Shown here: one piece after another, positions 9,415 to 16,655 of the stretch
Numbering within the stretch: position 1 is the stretch's first letter
Layout of the letters: every line of letters starts with the position of its first letter
NCBI GenBank assembly: GCA_025289735.1
Contig: GCA_025289735.1_4764.2
Origin: a phage
Length of the DNA stretch: 23,076 bases
Strand: one strand, 5' to 3'
Program-made: the position numbers and the translations under genes
The notes under the pieces: model-generated
Database searches by the model: none
Told to the model about the DNA's origin: nothing
Seen by the model: the letters and a program-made list of their open reading frames with translations, nothing else

Positions 9415-9681
9415 GTGAATATGTCCAATCAACATGAACAAATGATTAATGTCCTGAAAGTACGTCTGTTTGACACTCAAGAAAAGGCCGCATTCTTAGA
9501 AGGCCAACTGAAAGATCGTGAGCGTGTATTGATGGAACTGGTACGCATTCTGGGTATTCAGCCAGACGAAAACGGGACTGTTTCCCTTGATGCTATCGTC
9601 GAAGAAGTGAAAGCACTTCTCCCTAAAGACGAAGCCGCAGAAGCCGCAGAAGAGGAAGTAGAACTGATCACGGAGGCTTGA
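9415..9681 (+). CDS. 57A: gp57A-like tail fiber assembly chaperone (small acidic coiled-coil protein)
   Basis: 88 aa, acidic, heptad-like, between gene 1 and the 57B-like gene; size and neighbourhood match T4 57A. Sequence-level match not verified. Confidence 0.5.
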   Translation: MNMSNQHEQMINVLKVRLFDTQEKAAFLEGQLKDRERVLMELVRILGIQPDENGTVSLDAIVEEVKALLPKDEAAEAAEEEVELITEA

Positions 9682-9683
9682 TT

Positions 9684-10148
9684 ATGACCCCGTTTAGAGA
9701 ATCCGTTAAAGGTACATATGCGGCGGTTAAATTCACTGAGGATACACTAGACCGCATTGAAAAATTGCAGGAGTTCTACGATCTTCCTAATGCCGTTCCT
9801 CGTGATAAACTGCATAGCACTATCTTATATTCTCGTGTCTATGTTCCGTTTATCCCAGAAGAAGGGGAGAAGTTCTTAGGCTCTCTGTGTCATCTGAAAG
9901 TGTTTGAAACACAATCCGGTACTAATGCGCTTGTGCTGGCATTTGAAAGCGACTACATGCAATTCAGACACGATATCGGCACTGCTTTAGGTGCGACGTG
10001 GGATTATCCTGAATATGTACCGCATATCACGCTTTCTTATGATGTTGGTGCGCGTAAATTTGGCACTGACCTAGAGTTCGATTTAGAGATTGTCCGATCT
10101 CATGAGTATGTCGAAGATCTAGACCTGGAGTGGACGACCAAACTGTAA
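9684..10148 (+). CDS. acb1: 2H phosphoesterase, 57B/Acb1-like (anti-CBASS cyclic-oligonucleotide phosphodiesterase candidate)
   Basis: 154 aa from ATG at 9684 (the track start 9678 is TTG; GGAGG RBS 7 nt upstream of 9684). Two H-x-T-x motifs (HSTILY, HITLSY) typical of 2H phosphoesterases; T4 57B/Acb1 is about 152 aa and adjacent to 57A and gene 1. Confidence 0.65.
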   Translation: MTPFRESVKGTYAAVKFTEDTLDRIEKLQEFYDLPNAVPRDKLHSTILYSRVYVPFIPEEGEKFLGSLCHLKVFETQSGTNALVLAFESDYMQFRHDIGTALGATWDYPEYVPHITLSYDVGARKFGTDLEFDLEIVRSHEYVEDLDLEWTTKL

Positions 10149-10155
10149 TTCTATA

Positions 10156-10187
10156 CCCCGAAAAATTTTTCGGGGTTTTTTGTTTTT
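10156..10187 (+). terminator. rho-independent terminator
   Basis: CCCCGAAAAATTTTTCGGGG palindrome followed by TTTTTTGTTTTT. Confidence 0.8.
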
Positions 10188-10192
10188 AGGTG

Positions 10193-10221
10193 TTGACAAC
10201 CATAAACGACTATAGCATAAT
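10193..10221 (+). promoter_or_regulatory. early sigma70-type promoter module copy 1 (TTGACA-17-CATAAT)
   Basis: TTGACA at 10193-10198, CATAAT at 10216-10221, then leader ATCGAAACGAAACAC and AGGAG RBS before the ATG at 10260. Confidence 0.7.
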
Positions 10222-10259
10222 GCACATATCGAAACGAAACACACTTAGGAGAATCAAAA

Positions 10260-10634
10260 ATGATGATGTTTAAAGATAAATTCGAATGTCACTACACCCG
10301 TAACTTTGACTTAGTATCCCGCTACTACATTCATAAAGAAACTGGCACGCAAGTAGTTCTTGAATCTCACAGCGAAGTAGGATTCGATTCAACAAAAGTA
10401 GCAATTAGTGCTCGCTTCTGGGATAACGGCAAATTTGCTTATATCGCTTGGAACGACGACGAAAATGTAATTACAGTAGCTTTCGGTGATGACTACTACA
10501 CTAAAAAGACTTTTGATAGCAAGCCATCAAATGAATATCTGAAAGCGTATGTTCAGCACATGTTCCAACGTGTTCTGACCGGAATGGAAATCAATGTCAT
10601 GAAAGACATTGTAGACGAAGTAAAATATTCTTAA
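10260..10634 (+). CDS. hypothetical protein (124 aa)
   Basis: ORF with promoter and RBS directly upstream; no recognised homolog. Confidence 0.7.
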   Translation: MMMFKDKFECHYTRNFDLVSRYYIHKETGTQVVLESHSEVGFDSTKVAISARFWDNGKFAYIAWNDDENVITVAFGDDYYTKKTFDSKPSNEYLKAYVQHMFQRVLTGMEINVMKDIVDEVKYS

Positions 10635-10640
10635 AAATAG

Positions 10641-10669
10641 TTGACAACATGAAACGGGGGTAGTAAGAT
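10641..10669 (+). promoter_or_regulatory. early promoter module copy 2 (TTGACA-17-TAAGAT) with inverted repeat over the -10
   Basis: TTGACA 10641-10646; GGGGGTA (10656-10662) / TACCCCC (10669-10675) inverted repeat flanks the -10; leader CAAACGAAAGGAG. Near-identical to the module at 19448. Confidence 0.65.
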
Positions 10670-10700
10670 ACCCCCACAAACAAACGAAAGGAGAATCAAA

Positions 10701-10859
10701 ATGAAATTTATCGGTAAAACTTTTATGTTCGTAGCTGGTACTCTGTTTACTGCAACTCTGTTAGCTGGTGGCTTAGATATCTTTACTGCCTTTGAAACTT
10801 TCGGGTATACTGTAGCATCGGGTGCTCTCTTCGGATTGGGTTTAGCGATTAGCAAATAA
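10701..10859 (+). CDS. small hydrophobic membrane peptide (52 aa)
   Basis: ATG 7 nt after AGGAG, immediately behind promoter copy 2; translation MKFIGKTFMFVAGTLFTATLLAGGLDIFTAFETFGYTVASGALFGLGLAISK. Below the 60-aa cutoff of the ORF track. Confidence 0.6.
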   Translation: MKFIGKTFMFVAGTLFTATLLAGGLDIFTAFETFGYTVASGALFGLGLAISK

Positions 10860-10868
10860 GGTGATAAT

Positions 10869-11072
10869 ATGGAATTTGATATGGTTAAAGCAAAATTTAT
10901 GGGTAAGGATAAGAGCGGTAAAACATTTGTTATTAATAGAACATTGTTTCGCTCTGACCTTAAGTGGGTAACACAACAATTTGCGGAAGTCAACGAGGCA
11001 GTTGTGACATGCTTCGTTGATGATAAAAAAGTTTTTGAAATTGATCGTCGTGGGGTGTCTAATGATCACTAA
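10869..11072 (+). CDS. hypothetical protein (67 aa)
   Basis: ORF with GGTGA RBS; first gene of a translationally coupled chain. Confidence 0.55.
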   Translation: MEFDMVKAKFMGKDKSGKTFVINRTLFRSDLKWVTQQFAEVNEAVVTCFVDDKKVFEIDRRGVSNDH

Positions 11073-11259
11073 ACTGTTTAGTAATACTTTGTTTCTGATT
11101 GCATTTGTTTTCTTTCTGTGTCTGATGATCGGTGTTGTTACAGTTGGTAGCTATTCCGGTATTACCTTAGATGATTTTTGCAAACTTGTTTTGATCTCGT
11201 TTATACCTAGTATTCTGCTCGCTTTATGTGGTGCTTTTAAATGGCTTTGTACGCTATGA
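11062..11259 (+). CDS. small membrane protein (65 aa)
   Basis: ATG at 11062 overlaps the upstream stop; hydrophobic, two predicted TM helices. The track start 11017 is probably too far upstream. Confidence 0.55.
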   Translation: MITKLFSNTLFLIAFVFFLCLMIGVVTVGSYSGITLDDFCKLVLISFIPSILLALCGAFKWLCTL

Positions 11260-11366
11260 ACGAAATAGAACGAATGATGTTGATAGGTGGACCGGAGTTC
11301 ACTAAATTTGATGCAATTCTTATTGCGTTGGGTTTTCTTATGATCTGTTGTATGGTGGCGCTATGA
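11256..11366 (+). CDS. possible micro-protein (36 aa, hydrophobic)
   Basis: ATG at 11256 overlaps the upstream stop (ATGA); its own stop overlaps the next ATG at 11363. Manual translation MNEIERMMLIGGPEFTKFDAILIALGFLMICCMVAL. Confidence 0.35.
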   Translation: MNEIERMMLIGGPEFTKFDAILIALGFLMICCMVAL

Positions 11367-11587
11367 GTAGCATAAAATATTTTGCTTTCTTGTGTTTTAT
11401 GATGTTCTTCACATTCTTAGCATGTGTTTTCTTTACCTGGCTTGCTCATGTTGATAATGCAACCGGACCGTTTTACTTCTTCTGTGTATTGTCTGTGTTG
11501 ACTGGTGCTCTTGTTACGTGGATGATTCGAGATTGTTACGGAATGTATAAGTTTGAAAAGACTCGACCGAAATGGGGCAAACGATGA
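11363..11587 (+). CDS. small membrane protein (74 aa)
   Basis: Hydrophobic ORF, ATG at 11363 (track start 11348 is TTG). Confidence 0.55.
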   Translation: MSSIKYFAFLCFMMFFTFLACVFFTWLAHVDNATGPFYFFCVLSVLTGALVTWMIRDCYGMYKFEKTRPKWGKR

Positions 11588-11766
11588 AATTATTTGCATG
11601 GCTAATTATTTTAAATGTAATTGTTAAGACCTTTCTCGCTGGTCTGATGATGGCGCATAGCACCGAACCAGAAGAAGCATTAACGTATTTTGTTGCTTAT
11701 GTGTTGGGATTCTTGCTTACTGCGTGGATGTGTGATGAATATCGAAGAATTGAGGTAAAACCATGA
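11584..11766 (+). CDS. small membrane protein (60 aa)
   Basis: ATG at 11584 overlapping the upstream stop (ATGA); hydrophobic. Confidence 0.5.
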   Translation: MKLFAWLIILNVIVKTFLAGLMMAHSTEPEEALTYFVAYVLGFLLTAWMCDEYRRIEVKP

Positions 11767-11981
11767 AAATGACTTTTTATATCTTAGCAAGTATCATGCT
11801 TGTGATCTCTTCTGCCTTATTTGCATTTCTTACCGTTTGGGGGATCTGTACTGATGCGAAGCCGTGGGATATCGTAGAAAATACGGTTATGTTTATTATT
11901 AGTGTCATGTGTCTTTTTGATGCATTTAACTCTATCAAGGAAGAAGATCAAAAACGTCGCGAGAGAAAGCGATATAAATAA
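11763..11981 (+). CDS. small membrane protein (72 aa) with basic C-terminal tail
   Basis: Start overlaps the upstream stop; two hydrophobic segments then KEEDQKRRERKRYK. Confidence 0.55.
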   Translation: MKMTFYILASIMLVISSALFAFLTVWGICTDAKPWDIVENTVMFIISVMCLFDAFNSIKEEDQKRRERKRYK

Positions 11982-12132
11982 TAGTGAACTAAAGACAGCG
12001 CGGTTAGAATGATTTGGACGTCACCTAGCCGCATTTATTACAGCGTATGTGGGCTATCCGGTACGCTAAAGCATTCACTTGCTAGGCCGCTAGCAGGTTG
12101 GAGACAAGGAAGATTCGCTACCTTCCCTATAA

Positions 12133-12156
12133 GCCACTCTTCGGAGTGGCTTTTTT
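12133..12156 (+). terminator. rho-independent terminator (UUCG tetraloop)
   Basis: GCCACTC-TTCG-GAGTGGC followed by TTTTTT. Confidence 0.8.
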
Positions 12157-12184
12157 ATTGCCTAAAATTTTTTTAAAAAAGTTG

Positions 12185-12213
12185 TTGACACCAGATCCGG
12201 CCTATAGCATAAT
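12185..12213 (+). promoter_or_regulatory. early promoter module copy 3 (TTGACA-17-CATAAT)
   Basis: TTGACA 12185-12190, CATAAT 12208-12213, preceded by an A/T tract (12161-12180), followed by leader ATCGAAACGAAACACAC. Confidence 0.7.
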
Positions 12214-12259
12214 ACACCCATCGAAACGAAACACACTTTCTTAAACGGAGAATCAAATT

Positions 12260-12445
12260 ATGGCACGTCGCATCACTAAAGCACTGAAAGCAGTAAGCAA
12301 AGAAAACGTAGTAGCTATTCTGGTAATCTGGGGTTATAACGAAGAATCCGCTAAACAGAAAGTTGAAGCAGGGTTTGAACTGGCAGTAAAAGCAATGCCT
12401 AATGATGACTCTGTAGGACTGGCAAACTATATTGCATATTTCTGA
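12260..12445 (+). CDS. hypothetical protein (61 aa)
   Basis: ORF behind promoter copy 3 with GGAGAA RBS. Confidence 0.6.
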   Translation: MARRITKALKAVSKENVVAILVIWGYNEESAKQKVEAGFELAVKAMPNDDSVGLANYIAYF

Positions 12446-12453
12446 TAAAAGTG

Positions 12454-12482
12454 TTGACAGGGGAGGATAACTCCCCTACAAT
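12454..12482 (+). promoter_or_regulatory. early promoter module copy 4 (TTGACA-17-TACAAT) with spacer palindrome
   Basis: TTGACA 12454-12459, TACAAT 12477-12482; GGGGAG/CTCCCC inverted repeat (12460-12476) in the spacer; leader ATCAACGAAACGGGAGG. Confidence 0.65.
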
Positions 12483-12511
12483 ACAACCATCAACGAAACG
12501 GGAGGACCAAA

Positions 12512-12733
12512 ATGATTAACTTTAAAGACGCAGCAAAAGAAATTATCGACTTTGAGCGTGAACTGTTTGAGATGGAACCAAATATGAGTAAACTGGAATT
12601 GGCTAACCAGATCTGGTGCTCTAAGATGAATCCATCCGACCGCTTAGAAGTTATGAACATCGTAGGCGAAGTGAAAGGTAGTGCATTAATGAAACTCCGC
12701 GCTTGTCACGCTTACATCGCTGATCAACTATAA
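12512..12733 (+). CDS. hypothetical protein (73 aa)
   Basis: ORF behind promoter copy 4. Confidence 0.6.
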   Translation: MINFKDAAKEIIDFERELFEMEPNMSKLELANQIWCSKMNPSDRLEVMNIVGEVKGSALMKLRACHAYIADQL

Positions 12734-12742
12734 GGGGGTAAT

Positions 12743-12937
12743 ATGGGGGATAAACCATTAGTACAACTAAGAGTACGCTATAACCAGATTTTAGCATTAC
12801 TTAAAGCTGAGGGTGTAGACCCATCGGACCGCGAGGCTGTAAAAGCGTGTCTATCTGATACGGTACAACCAAAACATAACTATGCTTGTTATATGTACTT
12901 TTACAATAGGATGAATAGACCGTTTGAGTTTGAATAA
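12743..12937 (+). CDS. hypothetical protein (64 aa)
   Basis: ORF with AAGGGGG RBS. Confidence 0.55.
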   Translation: MGDKPLVQLRVRYNQILALLKAEGVDPSDREAVKACLSDTVQPKHNYACYMYFYNRMNRPFEFE

Positions 12938-12959
12938 CGTTAAGTGTTGAGGTGATACT

Positions 12960-13148
12960 ATGGAAGACCAAATTGAACAATTACGCGAATCCGCTAAAGA
13001 GCATGGTATGAGCGAAGGATTTGTTGAATGGTTTATCTCTAAAAAGGTTGATTCCTGCGGGTGCTTTAACTTCCTTACTATGTCCATTATGTGGGAAGGT
13101 TGGAAAGGTGCTGTAGAAACTGCCTTAAAAATTTTGAAAAAAGACTAA
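12960..13148 (+). CDS. hypothetical protein (62 aa)
   Basis: ORF with GAGGTGA RBS. Confidence 0.5.
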   Translation: MEDQIEQLRESAKEHGMSEGFVEWFISKKVDSCGCFNFLTMSIMWEGWKGAVETALKILKKD

Positions 13149-13156
13149 AAAAGTTG

Positions 13157-13185
13157 TTGACACGCGATAGGGTGTATAGCATAAT
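13157..13185 (+). promoter_or_regulatory. early promoter module copy 5 (TTGACA-17-CATAAT) inside an 11-bp perfect inverted repeat
   Basis: TTGACA 13157-13162, CATAAT 13180-13185; GATAGGGTGTA (13166-13176) and TACACCCTATC (13186-13196) form a perfect inverted repeat around the -10; leader CGAAACGAAACACGAA and AAGGAG RBS. Confidence 0.7.
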
Positions 13186-13228
13186 ACACCCTATCGAAAC
13201 GAAACACGAACTACTAAGGAGTATCAAA

Positions 13229-13555
13229 ATGAAACCAGTATCTGTTAAAGTTATCTTCTCTGAATCTTCTGTATTCGCTAAAGCAAACGAAGTATTCCAC
13301 TTCGAAGACTTCGAGCGTAAAGCACAGGACGCGGCAGCAAAAGCCTATGAAAGCGAATATGACAAAACTCAAATCGAGGTTACTTTCGAAAACGGCACTA
13401 CTTACGCTTGCCGCCTTGACCTGGGTGATCGTCTGTCTGGCTTCCGTCACCATGTAGAGAAGACAATCGCTTTCTCTAAAACCGAAAAAGGAAAACACTA
13501 CTTTTCTGTTTTCGGTACTAAAAATCTGGATTTCTTGAAAACTGTTTCTTTCTAA
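13229..13555 (+). CDS. hypothetical protein (108 aa)
   Basis: ATG at 13229 sits 8 nt after AAGGAG, behind promoter copy 5. The track entry 13091..13555 has an over-extended N-terminus that would cross the promoter. Confidence 0.65.
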   Translation: MKPVSVKVIFSESSVFAKANEVFHFEDFERKAQDAAAKAYESEYDKTQIEVTFENGTTYACRLDLGDRLSGFRHHVEKTIAFSKTEKGKHYFSVFGTKNLDFLKTVSF

Positions 13556-13563
13556 GGTATATT

Positions 13564-13746
13564 ATGAAAAAGATTAATTGGTTAGCGAACATAGGCGCGG
13601 TCTGCGCCTTTAACATCCTCGGATGGATAATGTTACATTTTGATGAGCGAGTTTCAAAATGTGAGGGTGCATTGATTCTCGGATCTGCTAGCATATTCAT
13701 TATGCTGTATGCAATTGCTGTTGACTTAAGCCGCGAGGATTGTTAA
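13564..13746 (+). CDS. small membrane protein (60 aa)
   Basis: Two hydrophobic segments. Confidence 0.5.
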   Translation: MKKINWLANIGAVCAFNILGWIMLHFDERVSKCEGALILGSASIFIMLYAIAVDLSREDC

Positions 13747-13747
13747 T

Positions 13748-13942
13748 ATGAATATTACTAATACTGCCATCGGATTTTCGAGCGCCTTTGCTAGTTTCTT
13801 TGCGCTGGTCTGTATGTTTGTTTTTATTCCTGTTGTATATCTTGGATATTGTGATATTGAAATTGCATTGATTGCTGGGATCTATATGTGGGTTGCGGTC
13901 TTTGTTCTTTCTGTTATAATGTGCAAGATTATTGACCATTGA
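13748..13942 (+). CDS. small membrane protein (64 aa)
   Basis: Strongly hydrophobic, two predicted TM helices. Confidence 0.5.
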   Translation: MNITNTAIGFSSAFASFFALVCMFVFIPVVYLGYCDIEIALIAGIYMWVAVFVLSVIMCKIIDH

Positions 13943-13964
13943 TTAACTATGTGAGGATTATATT

Positions 13965-14285
13965 ATGAGCAAACTGTTTGAAACTCCGCGTGAAATTCTG
14001 ATTGACAAGCTGAAAGAACGTGGTTTTAAAATCAAAGATGCAACCAAATATAGTCGAATTGATGAAATTAAGTTGCATTCTCTTGATGAACTGGTAGAAT
14101 ATGTTGCGGCGGTGGCTGATCCGCAGTTTGATGTGATTGTAGGTGACGTTGAATATCTCGATAATGTATATTCATTCTTCACTTATGGTAAAATTGTGTC
14201 TGTGAAAATATCATTCTGTGAAAATGTGGAGGTGCTTGCTAGTGAACCAGAAAAACCAACTGACAACGGTCCTACGGCAGCGTAA
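13965..14285 (+). CDS. hypothetical protein (106 aa)
   Basis: ORF with GAGGA RBS. Confidence 0.55.
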   Translation: MSKLFETPREILIDKLKERGFKIKDATKYSRIDEIKLHSLDELVEYVAAVADPQFDVIVGDVEYLDNVYSFFTYGKIVSVKISFCENVEVLASEPEKPTDNGPTAA

Positions 14286-14556
14286 CAAGGAAGACCGTCT
14301 GATTTATGCGCTGGCGGTTATCCTTGAAAAAGAATTACCGGATCTTGATGTAGTTTTTACTGACCGACCAGTAGGCCAACGTTACGGAGGATATGACAGC
14401 CTAGTTTATCCATCATATAGCATTGAAATGTGGGTAGAAGATTTTAAAAACTTGGCTGATACATCTAAACCGCTTTATTTGTGGGATGTTGAGTATAATT
14501 GCGATCCTAACTGGCCTGGCATTAATGTTTATGCGTCTATGACTTTAAAGGTGTGA
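14224..14556 (+). CDS. hypothetical protein (about 105-110 aa)
   Basis: Overlaps the end of the preceding ORF in another frame. Start uncertain: ATG 14224 or GTG 14242 (GGAGG RBS at 14229-14233). Confidence 0.5.
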   Translation: MWRCLLVNQKNQLTTVLRQRNKEDRLIYALAVILEKELPDLDVVFTDRPVGQRYGGYDSLVYPSYSIEMWVEDFKNLADTSKPLYLWDVEYNCDPNWPGINVYASMTLKV

Positions 14557-14558
14557 TA

Positions 14559-14717
14559 ATGGTTGAACAAATGTTAACTTCAATGGTAATGGCTTTCTGT
14601 GTGGGTGTTGTTCTGTTTGCGATGATTCCAAAAGACCGAATGAATCTGCTTGTTGCTGTGTGTTTGGGTGTGGTTAGCGGTTGGTGTGGAATCGTTCTAG
14701 AACACGCTCTGCGATGA
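14559..14717 (+). CDS. small membrane peptide (52 aa)
   Basis: ATG at 14559 just after the upstream stop; manual translation MVEQMLTSMVMAFCVGVVLFAMIPKDRMNLLVAVCLGVVSGWCGIVLEHALR. Confidence 0.45.
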   Translation: MVEQMLTSMVMAFCVGVVLFAMIPKDRMNLLVAVCLGVVSGWCGIVLEHALR

Positions 14718-14725
14718 TTAACAAT

Positions 14726-14750
14726 GCGGGTAGGGTAATGTACTACCCGC
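14726..14750 (+). other. stable stem-loop (GCGGGTAG / CTACCCGC), no T-run
   Basis: 8-bp perfect stem with 9-nt loop between the small ORFs and the membrane-protein/endolysin cluster. Confidence 0.5.
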
Positions 14751-14778
14751 ACTAAATTAGCTCACTGGAGGGCTTTCT

Positions 14779-14967
14779 ATGGCGTTTTGTCTATGGTTGC
14801 TTATAGTATGCTTTGTAATTGGTTTATGCTTCTATACTGGCGTATTCTGTTTTGTCGCCTGGATAGACGGCGGATTCTCTAATATCATTTTGCTTGCAGG
14901 ATCAATTGCCTCGTTTCTGTTTATTTGGCTATTTTCATATTTGATTGGTGAATGGGATTTATTATGA
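14779..14967 (+). CDS. small membrane protein (62 aa)
   Basis: GGAGGG RBS; two hydrophobic helices. Confidence 0.55.
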   Translation: MAFCLWLLIVCFVIGLCFYTGVFCFVAWIDGGFSNIILLAGSIASFLFIWLFSYLIGEWDLL

Positions 14968-15143
14968 ACAAATATATGTTTTGGGCGACCATTGCCTATG
15001 TTGTGATTGCGGTAGTATGGGGATTCTGTGTTATTGTCGCTTCTCTGATCTGGTGGGAATCACTTGGTGCGGGTTGTCTGATTAGCGGCGCATCATGTCT
15101 TATCACTGGCGTGATTGTTGGTTTTCTTGTGTCGGAGGCTTGA
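14964..15143 (+). CDS. small membrane protein (59 aa)
   Basis: ATG 14964 overlaps the upstream stop; hydrophobic. Confidence 0.5.
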   Translation: MNKYMFWATIAYVVIAVVWGFCVIVASLIWWESLGAGCLISGASCLITGVIVGFLVSEA

Positions 15144-15145
15144 CA

Positions 15146-15361
15146 ATGGTTTTCTTCGGTCTTATTATAATGGTGCTTAATGTCATTTGTGGCGTTGCTA
15201 TGTTAGCTATGGCCTTTACTGTTCCTATGTCTGTTGATAGCGCCGCATCCGTAGGTGTGTTGGGAATTGTAAACCTGTTTACCGCCCTAGCATGTTGGAT
15301 CACCGGACGCGATGAGGTAATGTATTACTTTTATAAACGTAAACAGAGAAAAGGAAAATAA
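15146..15361 (+). CDS. small membrane protein (71 aa) with basic C-terminus
   Basis: ATG 15146 with GGAGG RBS at 15134-15138; two TM segments then KRKQRKGK. Confidence 0.5.
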   Translation: MVFFGLIIMVLNVICGVAMLAMAFTVPMSVDSAASVGVLGIVNLFTALACWITGRDEVMYYFYKRKQRKGK

Positions 15362-15362
15362 T

Positions 15363-15554
15363 ATGAAATTTGCATTTGGTTTTACCGTGATGTTGATTAT
15401 TGCTCTGAGTATGTGTACCGGAATGCTTGTATTTGGTCTTGCAAACGGATTTAGCATTTATAATAATCAGTGGGTTGATTGGGGAATGGTTGTCGTTAAT
15501 GCGATCCTGATTGGTGCTAATACAAGAAATCTATGCAGGATCGCCGGAATCTAA
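15363..15554 (+). CDS. small membrane protein (63 aa)
   Basis: Hydrophobic ORF directly upstream of the endolysin gene. Confidence 0.5.
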   Translation: MKFAFGFTVMLIIALSMCTGMLVFGLANGFSIYNNQWVDWGMVVVNAILIGANTRNLCRIAGI

Positions 15555-15582
15555 ATATTATCACTCACAAAGGGGGTGAATA

Positions 15583-15972
15583 ATGTTTAAATTATCTCAA
15601 AGAAGCAAAGATCGGCTTGTTGGTGTACATCCTGATCTGGTAAAAGTCGTTCATCGTGCGTTAGAACTGACTCCGGTCGATTTTGGTATTACGGAAGGTG
15701 TGCGTAGTCTAGAAACGCAAAAGAAATATGTTGCGGAAGGTAAATCTAAGACTATGAAATCTCGTCATCTTCACGGTTTCGCGGTTGACGTTGTAGCGTA
15801 TCCGAAAGATAAGGATACATGGAACATGAAATACTACCGCATGATCGCGGATGCATTTAAACAAGCTGGTCGAGAATTGGGTGTTCCTGTTATCTGCGGT
15901 GTTGATTGGGTTACTTTTAAAGACGGACCGCATATGGAACTCGATAAAAAGGTATATCCAGACCCGGTATAA
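15583..15972 (+). CDS. endolysin, L-alanyl-D-glutamate peptidase (peptidase M15, T5-type)
   Basis: 129 aa; similar to T5 endolysin as recalled (VHPDL.KVV.RALELTPVDFGI.EGVR; SRHLHGFAVDV with H-x6-D zinc site; DGPHMEL). Occupies the position of T4 gene e but belongs to a different enzyme family. Confidence 0.8.
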   Translation: MFKLSQRSKDRLVGVHPDLVKVVHRALELTPVDFGITEGVRSLETQKKYVAEGKSKTMKSRHLHGFAVDVVAYPKDKDTWNMKYYRMIADAFKQAGRELGVPVICGVDWVTFKDGPHMELDKKVYPDPV

Positions 15973-15981
15973 CTAAAATCA

Positions 15982-16006
15982 AGCCAGCTTAATCGCTGGC
16001 TTTGTG
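15982..16006 (+). terminator. probable terminator hairpin after the endolysin gene
   Basis: AGCCAGC-TTAAT-CGCTGGCT followed by TTGTG; weak T-run. Confidence 0.45.
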
Positions 16007-16017
16007 AGGATTATAAA

Positions 16018-16593
16018 ATGGCTTTTAAATATTGGGATGAATCCCTACAAAACGAGATAAAACTTAGATATGCTCATATAGAGGGTATCTTATATTATAG
16101 AGTCGATAGTAAAGCTATCAAAGGACGACCATTAGGGAGTAGATATAAACACGGCGATTTAGTTAAAGTCAGAACAAATAAAGATGGTCATCTTAGATTT
16201 TGGCATAGTAGAGATGACGGTCTTCCTAGAGTTCATCTATTCGTGCATAGGGTTGTTTGGTTTCTAGAACATGGGACGCAAGTTAGATTAATTGATCATA
16301 TTGACGGTAATCCTGCGAATAACAATCCTCCAAATCTTAGGGAGGCAACCGACGCGCAAAATCAACATAATAGAAAGAAGAAGTCTAAAAAGTTTTCTAG
16401 TGTGTATAAGGGTGTTAGTAAGTCTAACAGGAAGGATTTGCGTAAGAAATGGAGAGCTAGTATAATGGTCAACCTAAAAAGACATGTTCTTGGACAATAT
16501 GACACAGAAATCGAAGCTGCAATCGCTTATGATAATGCAGCTAGGAAATTTTATGGAGAATATGCTCTATTGAATTTCCCAGATCCAAAATAA
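16018..16593 (+). CDS. HNH homing endonuclease with C-terminal AP2 DNA-binding domain
   Basis: HNH core HRVVWFLEHGTQVRLIDHIDGNPANNNPPNLREATDAQNQHN; AP2-like YKGVS...WRASI...GQYDTEIEAAIAYDNAARKFYG. AGA/AGG/ATA-rich codon usage contrasts with neighbouring genes. Confidence 0.8.
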   Translation: MAFKYWDESLQNEIKLRYAHIEGILYYRVDSKAIKGRPLGSRYKHGDLVKVRTNKDGHLRFWHSRDDGLPRVHLFVHRVVWFLEHGTQVRLIDHIDGNPANNNPPNLREATDAQNQHNRKKKSKKFSSVYKGVSKSNRKDLRKKWRASIMVNLKRHVLGQYDTEIEAAIAYDNAARKFYGEYALLNFPDPK

Positions 16594-16655
16594 AATATTA
16601 ACCATCAACGGGGAGACAATCTAAGGATCTCTCCCCGTTCACTGGAGACTTTACC

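Noticed and set aside
10631-11069. Minus-strand ORFs (120 aa and 75 aa) from the track
   Set aside because: Antisense to promoter-driven plus-strand small genes with clear RBSs; low-complexity translation; considered spurious.
10260-12733. Idea that some small early ORFs are internal proteins with a capsid-targeting N-terminus (MKTYQEFIAE-like)
   Set aside because: Only loose resemblance (for example MINFKDAAKE, MMMFKDKFE); no LxE cleavage-site context could be established.
13091-13228. N-terminal extension of the track ORF 13091..13555
   Set aside because: The extension would run through promoter copy 5 and its RBS; the ATG at 13229 with AAGGAG is the credible start.
15140-15145. TTGACA hexamer
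   Set aside because: Falls at a coding junction without a suitably spaced -10 or the conserved leader; probably coincidental.
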